From the human T2T-CHM13v2.0 reference genome, Homo sapiens, in the NCBI RefSeq assembly GCF_009914755.1, contig NC_060936.1: DNA of 64,000 nucleotides; one strand, 5' to 3'. The notes below the pieces were generated by a model. It was given only the letters and a program-made list of their open reading frames with translations. It was not told where the DNA came from and did no database searches. The position numbers and the translations under genes were made by a program. Shown in pieces: positions 57,851 through 64,000 of the stretch. Numbering within the stretch: the stretch's first letter is position 1; each line of letters starts with the position of its first letter.

Positions 57851-59859
57851 CCTGATTTTTTAAAAGTAGAATTTTTGAGTTGTGAGGGTGCTTTACTTAT
57901 TTATAGAGTTGTTTTTATATATTTTAATAAAATAGACTGGTAGGACAGAGTGTGGCAGATTAAGAAAGAAAGATGGATGAATACTTTTTCAAAGTTAGAG
58001 ATTTTATCTATCTCTCTGACATAAACATGGAACAAGCATCAGTGGGAAAAATATCCACCTTCCATCCCTAGATTACAGCATTGGGGCATATCTGGCAGCT
58101 GGAGGAAAAAGGTACGTTATTGGAAAATATTATTCTTTCTGAGTGATGACCCTATTGGATTGTATATGACACTGCAAAAATAGGTTTTTGTTTGTTTACT
58201 TTTGCTTCAGACTTCAACCTGGAAGTGATGTTTTGCCAACAAGTACATCCTCCTCTCCTCATTGCTTTGTGTTTGGGGTAGGGATGAGGGAGCTAGTGTC
58301 AGAAACAGAAAGTAGGAATGAGTATGAGCAAAAATGAACTTCCAGGGAACCAAACTAAATAAATGATTGACACTTAAAACCAAAATAATGAACAAAGTCA
58401 AATTCATTTCAAGGCTGCCAATAACTACAAAGTTAGGAGGTTGCCTGCAATGAAAATGGTACAAGTTTGAGAACAAGCAAGAGAGAAGTAGGTTTAAGAG
58501 AATATGTGTGAAGAAGGGGAATACAGTTAGTCAAAAAGGAATGAGAAAGACCCAAGTTACTTCATAAAGGATATTTTTATATTGCTTTATATAAACCAGA
58601 CAGAAGAAGAGTCAGAGAAAGTTGGCCTGATTTTAAGGGCAAGGAGAAGAATGGAGTAACAGAATATGATATGCCAGCATTTTAGCAGTTAGTTTTCCTT
58701 GAAAACACAAAATATTAGCACACCTACAGCGTGAATCACCTGGTGCCACAGTTTAAATTCAAGTTTACATATGGAGGCAAAATTTTACTTATACATTAGG
58801 TAAAGAAAGGCTAGGTGACTTGATTGAAGTCTCTTCAATAATTAAATACTATTAATGAAAATATTAATCAACTTTGCTATAAGTTAATGTTACTCATTAG
58901 TTTCTATTATTTCCCTGATAAATCCAGTGTTAATTGTGATTACACTGAGACCTTATTTCTCACAAAGCAAATCAAAATTAAATTAATATTTATTTTTCCC
59001 TATCAGTGGTTACGTCTTTTTTCCTGAACAATAGGCTGAGCTTTTATAACACATGATAAAATTTTCTAAATAAAATGTTTTTCACAGAACTTAAGAAATC
59101 AGAAAGGCAAAATATAAATTTAGTTGTTTAAGTGTAGTATTGGTATTATTTCCCCATTTGGGATGAAGTACATTAATAATCCCCATCATTATTATTCATA
59201 CGACTTTATTCCAATTGTCTCTGAAAATTCCTAGGTTAAGTAGATTAAAAGCATAGAATTAGTTCACTGAAGTCCATTCTAAAGAATTTACTTTTACAAC
59301 TACAGAGAGAGGAAATTAATGCCAAGGACAAAATTTCATAAGACATTGGCCCAGAAGGAAGAAAACATTTAAAAAATGGAACACATACAGTTGTTTGTTT
59401 AAGCAACAGGGTAACCCTCAAATGGTCAAGATTATTTTAGTCTATGATCACAACCTATCAATTTTGGAATAATGAAGTGTAGCAAAGGTCAAATTTGTAA
59501 AAGATGGGCTGAGAGGAGTGATGAAGCTGTAATAATCCTATCATCCTCCCTCGACTTTAGTTTTATTTTATTGAGCTTAACAATATGAGGTGAAAGGGTA
59601 ACTGCATTCTTTTTGCTGACACCCATGTAGCTGCGGTCCCCCGAGTATGGCTTTACATTTAAGACCTACAGTAATTGCATTAGTAAAGAAAGTGTATTGT
59701 CCAAGCTATCATTGCCTTCTCGTATACATGGCAGACATAAGCTAGAATGGTTAGGAACTACTCCTTTAACTCTTCCTGACTTTTTATGTTATTTTTTTTT
59801 TTTTTTGCCTGTACCTTTATACCTAACTAAATATTTCATTTCCTTCCTTATAACCTGTC

Positions 59860-60072
59860 TATCTTGGTCCGTTCGGGCTGCTATAACAAAATAACATAGC
59901 CTAGGCCGCTTATAAACAATAGAAATTTTTGTCTCACAGTTCTGCAACCTGAGAAGTCCAAGATCATAGCACCTGCTGATTCAGTGTCTGATAAGGTCCC
60001 AGTTCCTGGATCCTAGCCAGGTGTCTCCTCTCTGTATTTTCACATGGCAGAAGGGGCAAAGGGATTTCTCTG
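59860..60072 (-). mobile_element. MaLR LTR fragment (MLT1A/MST-like)
   Basis: 'ggctgctataacaaaata...ctcacagttctg...gaagtccaagatca...cacatggcagaagggg'. Confidence 0.8.
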
Positions 60073-60090
60073 AAATAAAAAATATTAGCT

Positions 60091-60381
60091 TATCCAGGTG
60101 CAGTGTCTCAAGCCTATAATTTCAGCTACTCAGGAGGCCAAGGCAGGATAATCACTTGAGGCCAGTTTGAGACCAGCCTGGGCAACATAGCAAGACCCTC
60201 TCTCTTATTTATTTTTTTTTAAATCAGCTGAGTGTGGTTTTGCCTGCCTGTAATCCCAGTTACTCGGGAGGCTGAGAAAGGAGGATGCTTGAACCTAGGT
60301 GTTCAAAGCTGAAGTGAGCTATGATTGAGCCACTGCACTCCAGCCTGGGCAACAGAGTGAGACCTCATCTCTTAAAAAAAA
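60091..60381 (+). mobile_element. AluJ SINE
   Basis: J diagnostics ('gcaacatagcaagacc', 'gtgagctatgatt'). Confidence 0.92.
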
Positions 60382-60855
60382 TCCATTTTTATATAGACCT
60401 GTTTTATATTTAGTAACCACAGGCAAACCCCCTATATTCGAACCAGCTTACTTGTCCATTAAATGCCTACATTTTTCAAAGCAACTAGCTGAAAGGATAC
60501 ACATCTCTCAATAAAGCACATCAATGCTAGAAAAAAATTACTATTGGCAGATAAGAATGATTGTGCTTATAATAAAAATGATAGCACTGTGACTGTCTTG
60601 TTGATCATAATAAAGAAATCATTAAATCATCCTACCTATGCCAAATAACCTATATTATCCTGTTTACATATGTACTTCTGTTAAGAAAGTAAAAGTACTT
60701 AGTCCTATTTTAAAATAATGAGTCTCAATTAGTAATTAGCAAACGAAAAAGGAGAATAAATAATACATTAGAGGCATTAGATAGAGCACTAAAAGACAAA
60801 ATAAATCACTTCCTAGAAAATTTTGATTGCATTGTTTGTTTACAGAAAATGGTCA

Positions 60856-61236
<381 letters not shown>

Positions 61237-61864
61237 TCAAGTGAGGATAAAACTAATGTCACCTCTATAGTTTGATTAGAGGAATTTAAAGAAGGTCCTG
61301 ACCTTACATCCTTTCTCAGTTAGATCAAAATACCTGAATCTCAATCAGAATTGATGGATTTCTTATTTTTTACTATGTTTGTCATCTAGAACCCATGCTG
61401 AAAGACACATACATATGTATAAATGCAGTGTTCTACTGAAGTGAAAATATCTTCCCCCTCCATTTACTAAATCAATTTTAGTTTTCTCCCTAACACATTT
61501 TACTGCTTCACATTAAATTACGTTAACCTTTGCAACTGCTAAACAAAGAGAAGTGTAGAGATTTACTGTGTCTTTTACGCTACTGTAGCCCTGGCACTTA
61601 GAACAGTATCTGGCACATAGTATATGCTGAATATATGTTTGTTATTGAATAAATGCTTATTACAGATAAATACACTTTAAAGGGTAGTTTGAAGTAATCT
61701 TTGAGGTGTGAGATTACCAGAACAACTCTAAGCTTTTTCTCTGATTTTTGGTTCTTAAGTGTGTCAGTAAGCCTGCTTGTACCACATAGGACAAAAACAT
61801 AACCATCACTTCTGCCTTAACCAAATAACTGATTAATGCTCACTTATAGTTCAACAGTTGCTGA

Positions 61865-62195
61865 TGTCAGAGAAAGGTTGGGGAGTTGAGGGTGTTATTG
61901 GGAAAAGGGAGGTATTAGTCAAACGGTACAAAATTTCAGTTAGATAGAAGAAGAGACAGAACAAGTGATCTATTGAACAGCATGGTAACTTGAGTTAATA
62001 ATGATGTATTACATACTTCAAAATTGCTAAAAGAGTAGATTTTAAATGTTCTTACCACAAAGAAATGGCAAATATGTAAGGTGATATATATGTTCATTAG
62101 CCTGATTTCATTATTCCATAATGTATACATGTATCATAATATCACATTGTACTCAAGTATAAAATTATTATTTGTCAATTAAAAATAAATACAAT
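61865..62195 (+). mobile_element. L1MA 3' end
   Basis: 'ggtacaaaatttcagttagatag...aaaattgctaaaagagtagattttaaatgttc...tttgtcaattaaaaataaa'. Confidence 0.88.
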
Positions 62196-62219
62196 AAGAA
62201 TAACACGTGAATGATCATC

Positions 62220-63040
62220 TACTTTTCAAACTCAACCAGTCTAGAACTAATTCAATTATTTGAAACACCTCCTTCTCCTCTGTCAAATTTACATCTATTT
62301 CTCCACTTTCCATATCAAAATTTTAGAGTAATACGGAAGACTTTCCACCTTTTTGTTTGAATATAAGTCCTCAATTCCTGTCAACTAGGTCTTCATCATA
62401 TTTCCTTTTTCTGTGCTGAGTTTTTGGCCACCATCCTGAATCGAGAGCCATTTTTTTTCTCAAAATTTCCATAGTTAGCCAACTGGCATCTCTGTCCCAA
62501 ATATCACTACCTTTGAAATTAAAAGATCAATATCACTTTCATACATCATAATCATTCACACACAATTTCTCCCTCCGTCTGGCAGTGAAGTCTTCCCAAA
62601 AATCTGCCCCAGTCAGTCTTTTCCAGTTTCACATTCCATTACTCCCACATGATCCAGAAAGTGTTCCAACAATTCCTCAAACATGCCATTACTTTTTCCA
62701 CCTGTTTATCTTTATTCGTAACATTTATTTTTCCTCCTCACATGCCTACTGACATTCTACCCATTCTCTGAGATCCACTCAAAGGTCCCTTTTTTCAGTG
62801 ATGCCCTGTATGATTTTCTAAGCGTAACATAATCACTGATTTCCTTTAGCACCTCCAAGTCCTTTCATTACAGCCCATTTCACACATGCTTTTGAATTGT
62901 CGTTATTTACACTATCTTGCCTCTCCTACTGAACTATTAGCTATCTATGAACAGTATAGTGTAATATCTTTCATAGTTGCCCCCCAAATACATTGTACTT
63001 CACAGGATGTCAACATATGTTTGTCAAATAAGTGAATAAT
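62220..63040 (+). mobile_element. L2 remnant (another L2 3' end at ~61560-61655, MIR at ~63140-63275)
   Basis: Pyrimidine-rich L2 3' motifs, ending 'catatgtttgtcaaataagtgaat'. Confidence 0.6.
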
Positions 63041-64000
63041 TGCTATAAAATTGACTTATTTTCTCAAAAGATATAACAGAAAACTAAAGAATCAAATAGG
63101 TGTGTGAAGACAAAAAGAGAAAGAAGAGAAAAAAGATAGACACTAGAAATTATATGAACCTAAATAAGTTGCTTACCCTTTCTGAATGCAGATTATCTTT
63201 ATGTAAAGAAAAAAGTTGGCCTAGATGACTGCTAAGGTGCTCCTTGTGCTAACATTCTATAATTTCATGATTCACTAGAGACTATCACAACTCAATGCAA
63301 GCAATAACACATGCCTCTGGCTCCCAGCTGCACTGTCCACTTTTTTCAGTCCTCTCCAGCTATGATCCTATGACAGAAAGTCAAAGTGATGAAGTGGTTT
63401 AATTCAGCATGCAAATTACTGCAGCTCTGAGCCTAAAAGAAATCATGCTGTGGGCAGGTAAAGAAAATTGGAAAGCTGATCCACAACTCTACAATGTGTT
63501 GGTTTGGAGTAAATAATTTTCTTATATGTTAGATGCATAATCTTCAGTATCTGAAGTAAGGAAAAATAATAGGTTAAGAAATTATTTTAATATGTATGTA
63601 TATATTACATAAATATATTCATATTCCCTTATGTTTTTATTATTGCTTACTATATGCCTTTAAAACTAACAACATATAATAGTTTTATTCCCAGTCTTCA
63701 CATACACTTTTAAAAGTAATTGGCATGTGTCATTTTATATGAAAACTTAGATTCATTATATTCAAGGGAAACACCGAGTTTGTGGGGTGGTGCATTGTGA
63801 CTCTATTCCCACAAGACTCCAATTATTCATCATTCAAAGCATAACAGAATTCCTTAGTAAATAGGCTGGAATAAATCCCCAAACTGCCTTGAGTTTCTTA
63901 TGAAAACATTTTGAAACCTTTAATGCTGGATATATCAATATATCACAAAACAAAACTCAATGGGCTTAACCATTTTATCCCAGCAGCTCTAACCTTCATT

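Overview
AT-rich, repeat-dense primate (human or ape-like) genomic DNA with no recognisable host protein-coding exon, RNA gene or CRISPR array. All long ORFs are LINE-1 or MaLR-derived, or are spurious. The main elements are: a twin-primed L1PA with a candidate short 3' transduction (20-1325); a nested L2>ERV1>L1 stack (2.2-7.7 kb); a complete THE1 MaLR provirus inside an old L1M (11527-13800); a near full-length L1PA4-like element with microhomology deletions (50014-55426); solo LTRs, about 10 Alus, MIR/L2 remnants and DNA transposons. The most unusual non-TE structure is a 273-bp, ~95%-identical inverted duplication (29688-30521) with a fold-back hairpin, flanking 17-bp direct repeats and an overlapping older direct duplication. 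Also notable is a CpG-retaining solo LTR (34825-35456) followed by exon-like splice signals, a possible LTR-driven lncRNA. Repeat family names come from recalled consensus sequences, not a database search. I cannot support a wholly new biological system; the findings are structural leads.
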